A stretch of 64,000 nt of DNA from contig CM059431.1 in assembly GCA_030390025.1 (NCBI GenBank), positions 99,388,001-99,452,000 on the forward strand, written 5' to 3'. Made by a program: the position numbers and the translations under genes. The notes beneath the pieces are model-generated. The model saw nothing but the letters and a program-made list of their open reading frames with translations. It was not told where the DNA came from and made no database searches. Below are positions 25,225 to 38,407 of the stretch, piece by piece. The stretch is from Squalus acanthias (Eukaryota). How positions within the stretch are numbered: position 1 is the stretch's first letter; every line of letters begins with the position of its first letter.

Positions 25225-26036
25225 TCTTTCTCTCTCTTTCTCTCTTTCTCTTTCTTTTACTCTCTTTCTCTATCTCTCTCTGTCTCTTTCTCTCTCTCTC
25301 TCTCTCTTTCCTCTCTCTTTCTCTCTCTCCCTTTCTCTCTTCCTTTCTCTCACTCTCTCTCCCTTTCTCTCTCTCTTTCACTCACTCTCACTTTCTTTCT
25401 CTCACTCTCTCTCCCTTTCCCTCTTTGTCTCTTTCTCTTTCTCTCTCTCTTTTTTCTCTATCTCTTTTTTCTCTCACTCTCCCCCTTTCTCTCTCTCTGT
25501 CTCTCTGACTTTCTCTCTCTCTCCCTTTCTCTCACTCTCTCTCCCTTTCTCTCTTCCTTTCTCTAACACTCTCTCTCTTTTTCACTCACCCTCTCTTTCT
25601 GTGTGTGTAGCTCTTTTTTTCTCTCTTCTTTCTCTCACTCTCTCCCTTTCTCTCACACTCTCTCCCTTTCTCTTTCTGTCTTTCTCCCTTTCTCTCACTC
25701 TCTCCCTTTCTCCCTCTCTCCCTTTCTCTCTCTGTCTCTCTCTCCCTTTCTCTCACTCTCTCCTTTTCTCTCTTACTTTCTCTCTTTCTCTCTCCCTTTC
25801 TCTTTCTGTCTCTCTTACTTTGTCTCTCTTACTCTTTCTCTTTCTCGCTCTCTCTCTTTCTCTCACTCTCTCTCTCCCTTTCTCACTCTCTCTCTATTTC
25901 TCTTTGTCTCTCTCTTTCTCTCACTCTCTCTCCCTTTCTCTCACTCTCTCTCCCTTTCTCACTCTGTCTCTCTCTTTCTCTCACTCTCTTTTTCTCTCTC
26001 ACTCTCTCTCTGTGTGTATCTCTCTCACACACACAC
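25225..26036. repeat. ~810-bp imperfect (CT)n polypyrimidine tract
   Basis: Almost pure C/T on the + strand, with a recurring higher-order motif CTCTCCCTTTCTCTCACTCT. Confidence 0.97.
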
Positions 26037-26756
26037 AATCTATTAAAATAATATTCAATTAAAATAGCAGTACCAAATGAAAATTCTTCCTGTAAGGATT
26101 TTTGTCTGAGTTATCTGTTGCTTTCTGCTGTGCAGGCAGCCCGAGAAGTACAGGTTTATTTGATAAAAGACAGCTACTCGACAGGGGTGAGTAACCTATT
26201 ATTCTAGACGACATTTGAGCTTCCATATAAATGGTGTAGTGAAGCTTAAACCCGATTCAATCCGATCTACCGTAAAACGTGCCCTCAGTGTTTCATCTTT
26301 TGCTTTTGACCTTCGGGGGAACTTTTGCCGTGAGATGCTTCTAACTAATTACACCAGTAATTAATTAATTACACTCATAATACCCTATTTTAATGACTTG
26401 AAAATAATACAATTAGATAAACACTGATTTATAAACAACAGCATGAATCAGTCCAACGCTCACTTGTTACAGAAGGTTTGTGCTTTTACAACATTCCAAA
26501 TCCTTGGCCCACAATTTGCAATCGGGATGAGGGTGAACTGGCAACGTGTGCAGCCCTATTGCTCGCTCACTTTAACTTACAGTTGTATTTTTTATATGTA
26601 TTTACCTATATTTATATATTTACATTTATATACATATAAATATACACATTCTTTTAAAATAAGCCTGATACTTAACTAAGATTAAAATGGCTGTAAAATG
26701 GACTTGCTCCTAAATTATGCAGTATACACACAAGGTAACAGTGCCATTAAGGTGGA

Positions 26757-27818
26757 AGCTGTGACTCAGTGGGCAGTACTCTCGCCTCTGAGTCAGAAGG
26801 TTGTGAGCTCAGGTCCCGCTCCAGAGACTTCAGCACAAAAATCCAGGCTGACACTCCAGTGCAGTACTGAGGGAGAGCCGCACTGTCGGAGGGGCAGTAC
26901 TGAGGGAGCGCCGCACTGTCTGAGGGGCAGTACTGAGGGAGCGTTGCACTGTCTGAGGGGCAGTACTGAGGGAGCGTTGCACTGTCTGAGGGGCAGTACT
27001 GAGGGAGAGCCGCACTGTCGGAGGGGCAGTACTGAGGGAGCGCCGCACTGTCTGAGGGGCAGTACTGAGGGAGCGTTGCACTGTCTGAGGGGCAGTACTG
27101 AGGGAGCGTTGCACTGTCGGAGGGGCAGTACTGAGGGAGTGCCGCACTGTCGGAGGGGCAATACTGAGGGAGCGCCGCACTGTCGGAGGGGCAGTACTGA
27201 GGGAGCGCCGCACTGTCGGAGGGGCAGTACTGAGGGAGCGCTGTACTGTCGGAGGGGCAGTACTGAGGGGGCGCTGCACTGTCGGAGGGGCAGTACTGAG
27301 GGAGCGCTGCACTGTCGGGGGGCAGTACTGAGGGAGCGCTGCACTGTCAGAGGGGCGGTACTGAGGGAGCGCTGCACTGTCGGAGGGGCAGTACTGAGGG
27401 AGTGCTGCAGTTTTGGAAGGTCAGTACTGAGGGAGCGCTGTACTGTCGGAGGGGCAGTACTGAGGGAGCGCTGCACTGTCGGAGGTGCCGTCTTTTGGAT
27501 GAGACGTTAAACCGAGGCCCCGTCTGCTCTCTCGGGTGAATGTAAAAGATCCCATGGCAGTATTTTGAAGAAGAACAGGGGAGTTCTCCCCAGTGTCCTG
27601 GGGCCAATATTTATCCCTCAACCAACATCACTAAAAAACAGATTATCTGGTCATTTATCACGTTGCTGTTTGTGGGAGCTTGCTGTGCGCAAATTGGCTG
27701 CCGCGTTTCCCACATTACAACAGTGACTACACTTCAGAAAAGTACTTCATTGGCTGTGAAGCGCTTTGAGACGTCCGGTGGTCGTGAAAGGCGCTGGAGA
27801 AATGCAAGTTCTTTGTTT
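26757..27818 (+). mobile_element. Deu-SINE with internal minisatellite expansion
   Basis: Head and core as in 19411-19878. Confidence 0.9.
26862..27485 (+). repeat. 33-bp minisatellite, ~19 units
   Basis: Unit CAGTACTGAGGGAGCGCYGCACTGTCGGAGGGG. Confidence 0.97.
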
Positions 27819-28179
27819 TTGTAGCTGTCATTGCTTGGTAGAGCTGCTAACTCAGCATTATTAAGCATTTGGCTGCAATAAGGTCAAAGATATTCCCTTC
27901 GGGCAGCTGATGTTTAGTTTTGTGCGGCAAGCTGCTACGAATCAGACAGTCAGCCAGGGGCTGTTTGTGGTTATTGAGGGAAGTTGTTGATAGTGTCGCG
28001 TTACTCCGATAGACACAGGCGATGTTTCTCTGACATGAAGAAGGATTTATGTCTCTCTGTGAAATCAGTCAATTGACACAGATCAATAGAAAAATGATGT
28101 GCTTGTTGCTGTTGAGGTTTGCAACAGAAAGGAGCAGAAAACACAATTTAAATAAAGGCCTGTGTTGCAGAAATAAATT

Positions 28180-28686
28180 ATCGAGGCACTGGAGAAAGTG
28201 CAAAAAAGATTTAGCAGGATGTTACCAGAACTGAGAGGCTCTAACCATCGGGAAAGACTGGACAGGCTGGGGCTCTTTTCTCTAGAAAAGTGAAGGTTGA
28301 GGGGTGACCTGATAGAGAACTTTAAAATTCTGAAGGGGTTCGATCGGGTAGACGTAGAGAAGATGTTTCCACTTGTGGGGGAATCCAAAACTAGGGGCCA
28401 TAAATATAAGATAGTCACTAATAAATCCAATAAGGAATTCAGGAGAAACTTCTTTACCCAGAGAGTGGTGAGAATGTAGAACTCGCTACCACAGGGAGTG
28501 GTTGAGGTGAATAGCAGAGATGTATTTAAGGGGAAGCTAAATAAACACATGAAGGAGAAAGGAATAGAAGGATATGCTGATAGGGTGAGATGAAGAGGGG
28601 TGGGAGGAGGCTCGTGTGGAGCAGAAACACCGGCACGGACCAGTTGGGCCGAATGGCTGGTTTCTGTGTGGTAAATTCTATGTAAA
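28180..28686 (+). mobile_element. CR1 3' fragment
   Basis: RGDLIENFKILKGFDRVDVEKMFPLVGE...FFTQRVVRM. Confidence 0.9.
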
Positions 28687-29046
28687 TGGCATTTGATGTA
28701 TATCATTACGCTCTTTTATAAACATCTCTTTTAACCAGAAAATGTATTTGTTGAACAAAGTAAGTTATAATGAAAACTAGCAACATCTGAGTGTCCATGA
28801 GGCACCAGGCTCTGCTCAATGGAAAGATTTTACTGGGCCAGTTAGATTATTACACCAATATCAAGTGAATTTAGCTCCAAATCATTGCAAAGTATAAACC
28901 ATTTCAAGCCCATCAGCTTTGCATCGGGTGCAGTGTAACTAGAACTGGTGCAAATAGAACTTTAATTTGTTCAGTGGATCAACTGCAAATATTTTATTTC
29001 CAATCTCCAATAATATAGGGAAAGAGCTGACTATCCTGTAGACTGT

Positions 29047-30778
29047 TCATAGAATCGTAGAATCATAGAAAGTTACGGCACAGAAGGAGGCCATTCGGCC
29101 CATCGTGTCCGCGCCGGCCGACAAAGAGCTCTCCAGCCTAATCCCACTTTCCAGCTCTTGGTCCGTAGCCCTGTAGGTTACGGCACTTCAAGTGCATATC
29201 CAAGTACTTTTTAAATGTGATGAGGGTTTCTGCCTCTACCACCCTTTCAGGCAGTGAGTTCCAGACTCTCACCACCCTCTGGGTGAAAAAAGTTCTCCTC
29301 AACTCCCCTTTAAACCTCCGACCAATTACTTTAAATCTGTGTCCCCTGGTTATTGACCCTTCTGCTAAGGGAAATAGGTCCTTCCTATCCACTCTATCTC
29401 GGCCCCTCATAATTTTATACACCTCAATCAAGTCTCCTCTCAGCCTCCTCTGTTCCAAAGAAAACAACCCCAGCCTATCCAATCTTTCCTCATAGCTGAA
29501 ATTCTCCAGTCCAGGCAACATCCTTGTAAATCTCCTCTGCACCCACTCTAGTGCAATCACATCCTTCCTGTAATGTGGTGACCAGAACTGTACACAGTAT
29601 TCTAGCTGTGGCCTAACTAGCGTTTTATACAGTTCAAGCATAACCTCCCTGCTCTTGTATTCTCTGCCTCGACTAATAAAGGCAAGTAATCCGTAAGCCT
29701 TCTTAACCACCTTATCTACCTGGCCTGCTACCTTCAGGGATCTGTGGGCATGCACTCCAAGGTCCCTCTGTTCCTCTACACTTCTCAGTATCCTGCCATT
29801 TATTGTATATTCCCTTGCCTTGTTAGCCCTCCCCAAATGCATTACCTCACACTTCTCCGGATTGAATTCAATTTGCACTGTTCTGCCCACCTGACCAGTC
29901 CATTGATATCTTCCTGCAGTCTACAGCTTCCTTCTTCAGTATCAACCACACGGCCGATTTTTGTATCATCTGCAAACTTCTTTATCATACCCCCTACATT
30001 CAAGTCTAAATCATTGATATATACCACAAAAAGCAAGGGACCCAGTACTGAACCCTGCGGAACCCCACTGGAAACAGCCTTCCAGTCACAAAAACACCCT
30101 TCGACCATTACCCTTTGCTTCCTGCCACTGAGCCAGTTTTGAATCCAACTTGCCACTTTCCTTTGGATCCCATGGGTTTTACTTTTGTGACCAGTCTGCC
30201 GTGTGAGACCTTATCAAAAGCCTTGCTAAAATCCATATACACTACATCAAACGCACTACCCTCATCGACCCTCCTTGTTAGCTCCTCAAAAAATTCAATT
30301 AAGTTAGTCAGATATGACCTTCCCTTAACAAATCCGTGCTGACTGTCCTTGATTAATCCATGCCTTTCTAAATGAAGATTTATCCTGTCCCTCAGAAGTT
30401 TTTCCAATAATTTTCCCACTACCGAGGTTAGGCTGACTGGCCTGTAATTACTCGGTCTGTCCCTTTCTCCCTTTTTAAACAAAGGTACAACGTTCGCAGT
30501 CATCCAGTCCTCCGGCACCACACCTGTAGCCAGAGAGGATTGGAAAATGATGGTCAGAGCCTCTGCTATTTCCTCTTTTGCTTCTCTTAACAGTCTGGGA
30601 TACATTTCATCCGGGCCTGGGGATTTATCCACTTTCAAAACTGCTAAGCCCCTTAATACTTCCTCTCTCACTATGTTTATTTCATCTAATATTTCACACT
30701 CCTCCCCCCCCTCCCCGATTGCAATGCCTACATCGCCCCTCTCTTTTGTGAAAACAGACGCAAAGTATTCATTAAGAA
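29047..30778 (-). mobile_element. CR1 LINE, 1.7 kb, RT domain (frameshifted ORF2 pseudogene)
   Basis: KSPGPDEMYPRLL, NYRPVSLTSVVGKLLE, SQHGFVKGRS, FADDTK and LVRPQLEYCVQFWSP, spread over three reading frames. Confidence 0.97.
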
Positions 30779-30830
30779 GTATGTTCTCTTAACATTTGAA
30801 ATGTAACCAGTCTGGCGAGAGTAAATCGAG

Positions 30831-30895
30831 CTCTGCATGTGTGTTGGTGAATGGAACTCTGCATGTGTGTTGGTGAATGAAACTCTGCATGTGTG
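30831..30895 (+). repeat. 26-bp tandem repeat, 2.5 units
   Basis: CTCTGCATGTGTGTTGGTGAATG(G/A)AA repeated. Confidence 0.9.
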
Positions 30896-31351
30896 CACTC
30901 GCATGCACGCACACAACTCTGCTTTGTCTGATCAGAGAGCAGTGTGGAGCCAGCAGTATAACTCAGCACTGCCGTGTCTCTGTTGCTTTAAGTATGTATT
31001 AGTCTCGTGCATGGTGTCTGCAGTATAACAGCAACTTGAGGTAATGTGATGATGAAGTGTACTGTAGTTCAGTCTCTAGCCTCATGGGTGGTTGAACACG
31101 GACTCATACTCTTGATTCCCCACAACCTCAGGAGTGCACTTGTGGGAAAACCAAGAACAGAGGCCAGAACTTACACACACGGAAGAAAAATTGTAAGGAG
31201 AATTATTTCCAGGCTATTTGTGTGGAACTCCCAAGTTGCTTAACTTAGTGCGGCATTGGTAGATGGCTGGATAGGTGGACTATGGATGGTGTGTGAATGT
31301 GCAATTGGGGAAAAAAAGTAGCAATGTTACACTCTGACAAGAATTTAAGAT

Positions 31352-32127
31352 GGGCTAGATCTTGCTGGAGAGGGGCATCTTACAGCGTGCCCCGTTAGTT
31401 AGACTTTATCCCTCAACCTTCAGCACAACATTTTTTTGCTCTGTAACTCGCTGGCAGTGCGAGCTGATAACGGCGCAGCGAGGGCAACGGAGCATCTGGG
31501 ACCTCGGTGAACGACAGGACCAACAGTCTGTCTCCTCAACCACTGAGAGTACAGGATTGAGAAAGAAACAGAGGAATGACGGAGAAGGAAATCGGGTGAA
31601 TTAGAGTCAAATCAGGTAGAGAAAGAGAAATAAAGAGAGGGAAAGAAAGATTGGATTAAGAGAGAGAGAGAGAAAAGAGATAGAAAGGAATAGTAAGAAA
31701 AAAATGTAAAAATTTAAAATTTGCCATTTTTAAAATCACTAACAACAATTTACTACCTGCAGGAATGAGATTTAACAGTTTAAATTGTTCTCTTTCTGGG
31801 CCAGAGAGGTTGATTGGCATCGCACTAACAATTATCATGTCGTTAAAAAGGTACTTGTGCTGTTCATTACCAGCCCTAACTTTCTGCGGCGAGTTTAATG
31901 GGCAATTAATGTGCAAGTCCAGCAATTTGTTAAAAATACCGGGGAGGCTGAGGGCGAGATGCCGTTTGTGCGAAGCAAACAGCGGAGCGACGTAAATCCA
32001 CCAGCGAGTTCTGGAGATTCGCAACTGACGCCGTATCTCCCCATCCCCTGAACTCGCTGGATGATTTCCGCATTAATAACGGCGCGCGACGTGAACACAC
32101 CGTTATTGTTCCAGCAAGTTCCGGTCC
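31352..32127. mobile_element. Harbinger-type MITE family H1 (inverted relative to 417-1153)
   Basis: TIRs GGGCTAGATCTTGCTGG...CCAGCAAGTTCCGGTCC, flanks GAT/AAT. Confidence 0.8.
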
Positions 32128-32992
32128 AATATCTCGGTGGTGCCTAGAGCAGATTAAATCTGAACTAAACTATGTGTAGATAGCTTCTTCCATACTGTGA
32201 TTACAGAATCTCTACACATGGATTGGAAATGATGTTGATTTTAAACAATACAACTGCTCATAGTCACATATATGCTCCTACATTCAAATAAAGCTACCCA
32301 AACAAATAATCCTGCCAAGGTGCAGTACACTCTCTTGAACTGAGAACTTCAATTGAAATTATGCAATTATAATAACGATATAATGACAATTAGTCATTTA
32401 ATGATAATTTAATCATCCAAACATCGATTTTATTTCAGAGAAAATGGACTACATCAAATCAATCCAAGTACGTTCATCAGAGATGAATAAAGCATTTGAG
32501 CATCAGATACTGGTATTTGACTGAATTGTACAGAATCTTAACCCATTGAACTCGGAATCAGAAGCGAGCCTAACTGACTCCTTAATGCTGTTCGGTGGAA
32601 TACGGCCAAATGATCTTTTCCAGCCTGGGGAACATTGTTATCCTCTTAAGAACCTGATTGACCTGAAATCCGTGCTCTAAACTATACTACACCGTAGGAT
32701 AAATGTTATGCACAGTGCTTCACACATCGAGAGTGCCGATTGGGAGTTTGGGTGCAGAGGTCAGTAGGTCCTGCAAGATATTCCATCAATTAACACGAGT
32801 GGATGAAAAATCTTACGGGACCTCTTGACCTCTCTGCATAAATTCCCACTGTCTACTCCCAGTGCAGGAAGGAAGCTAAGTGCCAATTCATAAAAGCTAC
32901 CTTCATATTGTGTCAATTAACTGGTCATAACATAGAACCCCACAAACAGCCTTCCTGGAGCCCAAGGTGATCCAGCTCTTCATACATAGAAT

Positions 32993-33200
32993 GACATAGA
33001 ATGTACAGCACGGAAACAGGCCATTCGGCCCAACTGGTCCGTGCCGGTGTTTATGCTCCACACCAGCCTCCTCCCACCCCTCTTCATCTCATCCTATCGG
33101 CATATCCTTCTATTCCTTCTCCCTCATGTGTTTATCCAGCTTCCCCTTAAATGCATCTCTGCTTTTTGCCTCAACCACTCCCTGTGGTAGCGAGTTCCAC
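32993..33200 (-). mobile_element. CR1 3' end
   Basis: Reverse complement of 28480-28686. Confidence 0.85.
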
Positions 33201-33369
33201 AAGCCAGGATACAACCCAGGATTTCAATGGTTATTTCAAAATTCAAGGAACACATCAGGGCTCAATTACCCTTAGTTATTAATGGAGTTCACCCAATATT
33301 CATAATAATCCCTTTCTCCCATTGAACACTCTGGAACCTGACTTACATTGATTCATCTTCTTACTACTA

Positions 33370-33990
33370 CAACAACTTGCATTTATACAGCGCCTTTAAC
33401 ATAGTAAAACGTCCCAAGGCGCTTCACAGGAGCGATTATCAAACAAAATTTGACACCGAGCCACATAAGGAGATATTAGGACAGATGGCCAAAAGCTTGG
33501 TCAAAGAGGTCGGTTTTAAAGAGCATCTTAAAGGAGGAGAGAGAGGCGGAGAGGTTTAGGGAGGGAATTCCAGAGCTTAGGGCCCAGGCAGCTGAAGGCA
33601 CGGCCGCCAATGGTGGGGCGAAGGAAATCGAGGATGCACAAGAGGCCAGAATTAGAGGAGCGCAGAGATCTCCATGGGTTGTAGGGCTGAAGGAGATTAC
33701 AGAGATAGGGAGGGGGTGAGGGCCATGGAGGGATTTGAAAACAAGGACGAGAGTTTTAAAATTGAGGCGTTCCCGGACAGGAAGCCAATGTAGGTCAGTG
33801 GGCACAGGGGGTGATGGGTGAACCGGACTTGGTACGAGTTAGGACACGGGCAGCTGAGTTTTGGATGAGTTCAAGTTTATGGAGGGTGGAAGATGGGAGG
33901 CTGGCCAGGAGAGCGTTGGAATAGTCAAGTCTGGAGGAACAAAGGCTTGGATGAGAGTTTGAGCAGCAGATGGGTTGAGGTGGGGCGGAG
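33370..33990 (-). mobile_element. L2 3' fragment
   Basis: DLHWLPV..FKSLHG motif and tail. Confidence 0.9.
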
Positions 33991-34220
33991 ACACACTACA
34001 GGCTAATCTATTTTGACACCTTCTCACAACAAATAATCCAGGACAGACAGAAAATGACATTTCTATCAAAACAGGTGCTTGAAGCCCTAAGCAGTGTGCA
34101 CCTCTTCCGGCCTTGAACATTGATGAGCAGTAGACCAATTGCTTGCATTATACAGCACTGACTACTGTCTCTACACATGCTCTTTTCCCTCATGGACGAT
34201 CCTGAATCAGTGAAGACTTA

Positions 34221-34965
34221 GGCCGGAATTTTGTTCAGGGAGGCGGGTTGGGGGCGGGGGAGATCTGAGGCGGGCGGGAAACCTGTGAGGCTGGGTCTCC
34301 CACAGGCCCTGCAGACTTTAGCGGCAGGGCCTGATTTGAATGCGAGACCTCAGTTTCCCGCTCGCAGCCAGATTGAGAGGCTGGCTGGCAGGCTGCCGGT
34401 GGGTAGGCCTCAGTTGCAAGGCGTCAGTCTGAGGGAGGGATCGCATGGCGGGGGGGGGGGTGTCGGCCTGGGATCGGGGGGCGGAGGATCGTGGCCGGCC
34501 TTCACATCATCATTGGGGGGGGAGGCCTGGGGAGGCGATCGGAGGCCTCGTGAGGGGGTCTCCGATCACGGGGGTGGGTATGGTCGGGACCCTGGATCCA
34601 GGCGGTGGGTGTAAAGCCACTTACCTCCTGGATCCACCAGTCCCCGCCTCGGTTTAACTGCCGGGTTTCACGAATTGTGCGAAACCCATCCACAGGCAGT
34701 TAAACACAAACTGGATGGAGGGGAATATAGAGGTTTCCAGCCTCATTACAATATTTAAATTCAGGTTACGCCCCCTGGGAGCGGGTCTGTCGCCCGCCCC
34801 TCGCCCCGCCCCCTCGCCCCACCCCTGTCCTGCCCCCTCGCCCTGCCCCTCGCCCCGTCTCCTCCCCCTGCCCCTCTCCCCGTCTCCTCCCCCCGCCCCT
34901 CACCCCGCCCCTGTCCTGCCCCCACACTCCAAACCCACCCATTTTTTGAGGGGAAATTTCTGGCC
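34221..34965. mobile_element. Harbinger-type MITE with C-rich (minus-strand G-quadruplex-prone) subterminal tract
   Basis: TIRs GGCCGGAATTTT...AAATTTCTGGCC with canonical TTA/TTA TSD. Confidence 0.8.
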
Positions 34966-35114
34966 TTACTTTCTGAGGTGAACAATCAATAAAATTATTT
35001 TCAGGGTAATTTATATATTTTTCTTAAAATATAGTTTTCAGTTTGACAAAACACAATCTTTATGTTCATTGCGAATGTATTTGGAAATACTACACAGTTG
35101 TACCTCACAGTTGT

Positions 35115-35425
35115 AACATCTTTCGGATGAGACGTTAAACCAAGGCCCCGTCTGGGCTCTCAGGTGGATGTAAAAGATCCCATGGCCACTATTTCGAAGA
35201 AGAGCAGGGGAGTTCTCCCCGGTGTCCTGGGGTGAATACTTATCCCTCAATCAACATCATTAATCAGATTATCTGGTCATTATCACATTGCTATTTGTGG
35301 GAGCTTGCTGTGCAGTAATTGACTGCTGCGTTTCCTACACTCCACAAAGTACTTCATTGGCTGTAAAGCGCTTTGGGACGTCCTGAGGTCGTGAAAGGCG
35401 CTATAGAAATGCAAGTCTTTCTTTC
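35115..35425 (+). mobile_element. Deu-SINE, 5'-truncated
   Basis: Core and tail homology to 19555-19878. Confidence 0.88.
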
Positions 35426-35744
35426 ATTTTCTCTCTTTAGCATTGCATTGGCACACAGTTGTTATCGGTGCTGACTTTGTTTCTGATTAAGAACTTTGTA
35501 AATATATTCATACAAATTCAGAAAGAATTTTGCTCCGCTACAAGAAAGAATAAAGTAAAGAACATTGGTGATTGGACATGTTGAAAGCTCTTTCTATCTT
35601 CTCGAATTCTCCTTCCCCTTCGAGCTGCAGGAATGGCCAGAGAACCTGCTCCATCTGCATTTTGCATGTTTGAACACTGAGCTGAATCTTGAGCTTAGTG
35701 CATTTCCTCAAGGCATGGCTTAAATAAGCAACTGACCATGTAGG

Positions 35745-37070
35745 GAATAGAATGACACAGCACAGGAGGAGGCCGTTCGGCCCATCGTGCCTGTGCCGGC
35801 TCTTTGAAAGAGCTGTCTAATTGAAACATATAAGATTCTGAGGGGGTTGGACAGGGTAGATGCTGGGAGGATGTTTCCCCTCGTGGGGGAATCTAGAACT
35901 AGGGGACACAGTTTCAGGATAAGGGGGTCACACATTTAAGACGGAGATGAGGAGGAATTTCTTCTCTCTGAGGGTCGTGAATCTTTGGAATTCTTTACCC
36001 CAGAGAGCTGTGGAGGCTGGGTCATTGAATATATTCAAGGCGGAGATAGACAGATTTTTGAGCAACAGGGGAGTCGAGGGTTATGGGGAGCGGGCAGGGA
36101 AGTGGAGTTGAGGCCAAAATCGGATCAGCCTTGATCTCATTAAATGGCGGAGCAGGTTCGAGGGGGCGAATGGCCTGCTCCTATTTCTAATGTTCTTATG
36201 TTCTATCCAGTTAGTCCCACTCCCCCCTGCTCTTTCCTCATAGCCCTGCAAATTTCTCCTTTTCAAGTATTTATCCAATTCCCTTTTGAAAGTTACTATT
36301 GAATCTGCTTCCAGGCAGCGCATTCCAGATCACAACAACTCGCTGCGTAAAATGTATTTCCTCATGTCGCCTCCCGTTCTTTTGCCTATCACCTGAAATC
36401 TGTGCCCTCTAGTTACCGACCCTTCTGCCACAGTTTCTCCTTATTTAATCTATCAAATCCCTTCAAGATTTTAAACACCTTTATCAAATCTCCTCTTAAC
36501 CTTCTCTGCTCTAAGGAGAACAATCCCAGCTTCTCCAGTCTCTCCACGTAACTGAAGTCCCTCATCCCTGGTACCATTCTGGTCAATCTCCTCTGCACCC
36601 TCTCCAAGGCCTTGACATCTTTCCTAAAGTGCGGTGCCCAGAATTGGACACAATACTCCAGCTGTGTTTTATTAAGTTTTAGCATAACTTCCTTGCTTTT
36701 GTACTCTATGCCTCTATTTATAAAATTGAGAGGTCGCACAACACCAGGTTATAGTCCAACAGTTTTATTTGAAATCACAAGCTTTCGGAGCTATCGATCG
36801 CTTGTGATTTCAAATAAAACTGTTGGACTATAACCTGGTGTTGTGCGACCTCTCAATTTTATAAATAGAGGCATAGAGTCTCAATTTTGTCCACCCCAGT
36901 CCAACACCGGCATCTCCGCATCATGACCTCTATTTATAAAGCCATGGATCCCGTACGCTTTTTTAACAGCCTTCTCAACTTGTCCTGCCACCTTCAAAGA
37001 CTTGTTTACGTACACCCCCAGGTCTCTCTGTTGCTGCTCCCCCTTTAGAATTGTACCAATTCGTTTATGC
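35745..37070 (-). mobile_element. CR1 fragment hosting an antisense CR1 (35818-36205, +) and a PLE mini-element
   Basis: QRDLGVYVNKSLKVAGQVEKAVKKAYG / FINRGIEYKSKEV / LEYCVQFWAP are collinear around the insertions. Confidence 0.9.
36725..36926 (+). mobile_element. Palindromic Penelope-pLTR mini-element, copy 1
   Basis: 14-bp TSD CCTCTATTTATAAA (36711-36724 / 36927-36940), inverted arms, and the same tail (TTTGTCCACCCCAGTCCAACACCGGC) as 60896-61111. Confidence 0.85.
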
Positions 37071-38407
37071 TGCCTTGAATCATCACCTTGAACCACATAC
37101 CAGGCCACTCGTGACACTGCAGTCTGCTGCTGTGATGAGTGGAAGGACATTACTTCTTACTCAATTGTGGCTTAAAGAATGATGGAGCATGGAATTGTGA
37201 TGGATCGATAAAATAACTCAGCCTTCAGCCCTGTTCTACAACCAAACTCCTTGTGTAAACCACAGACAATGACAACAAAAAAGAATTAGAAATGTATTAC
37301 AAATAATATTGGGCCGGATTTTCCAATGCGTTGGTGCCCGATGGACTGGTCCATGAGCCACCGTGTTCTTGCCTCAATACCGTGTGCAACATTTCTTGCC
37401 CAAAGTGATGGCAATTTGCAAATTCAATTTCCGCTGGGGGAAATGCCGATCAAATCATTTTTTTGTGCAATTTTGTGCTAAGCTTAATGCCAGTGGCGTA
37501 ATTATATAATATGGCCGAGCACATTTCCTAATTGGTTTGTACTTTTGCTGCACAATGGCTAAAGCAGAGGCTGTCTGCCCATTAACACAGTGAACAGTTG
37601 CCTGTTATCAAAGATCAAACATCGCATTTGTGAGTCCATGAATAAATCTGCATGCTACATTAAGAGTTACTCTTCAGCTAGACTTTTTAGTTTCTGGTGG
37701 GTTTTGTTTTAGGAGGGGATTGGCTTTTATTCTTTCTCAGTTTCATGCAGTGTGGTGTGTTTCTTGTGCTTTGACAAACTTATTTTATTGGTAAAACAGT
37801 GGAACCGTACACATCTCATCTAAATAGGCAGCACCTCTCAAACCCGCGACTTCCACCACCTGGAAGGACAAGGGCAGCAGGTGCCAGTGGGAACACCACC
37901 ACCTCCAAGTTCCAGTTTTATAGCGTCCCATCAGCTGGTAACACAGGGAGGAAAGGATAGAGGGGCACAGGAGTGGCAGTACACCAGCTCTGTGTGTAGG
38001 AAGAAAGCTTAGCCTAGCAAAGGAAAACTCACTTATCGCAAGTCCAGAACTGCTCATGGATCAGAAAGTCGACCAGAAAAAGTTAAGCACGCCCCCCAGT
38101 AGAAATAATGCTCCACACTTTATTATTTTTCTTATTCTCAAGGAAGGTTCTGTAGTCAGATGATCAAGGTGAGATTTGATTCCATCTGTTACTCTGTATG
38201 TTCACTTGCTGTATGTAAAATAAAGCAGCTTAATTATTCGTAACAGACCTCCTCTTGCTTCAGAAAGATTGGGGAAGCGCTTATGAAGGCATGTGCGAAA
38301 GACATGACTTTGCGTTCAGATCTCAAGAGGGTCCTATTGTTACACTCCCAGGTTATACCATTGCATAATTAGATATTGGACATTATGGGCACACTCCTGG
38401 ACATAAG

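Noticed and set aside
25103..26062. Ser/Leu- and Arg/Glu-rich ORFs (also 38.6-39.1 and 58.3-58.8 kb)
   Set aside because: Translations of (CT)n/(GA)n microsatellites.
26698..27510. 270-aa repetitive ORF (STEGAPHCRRG)n and similar ORFs at 45.7-46.1 and 56.8-57.4 kb; also CRISPR-like periodicity
   Set aside because: 33-bp tandem units inside a SINE, open in several frames on both strands. There are no unique spacers and no cas genes.
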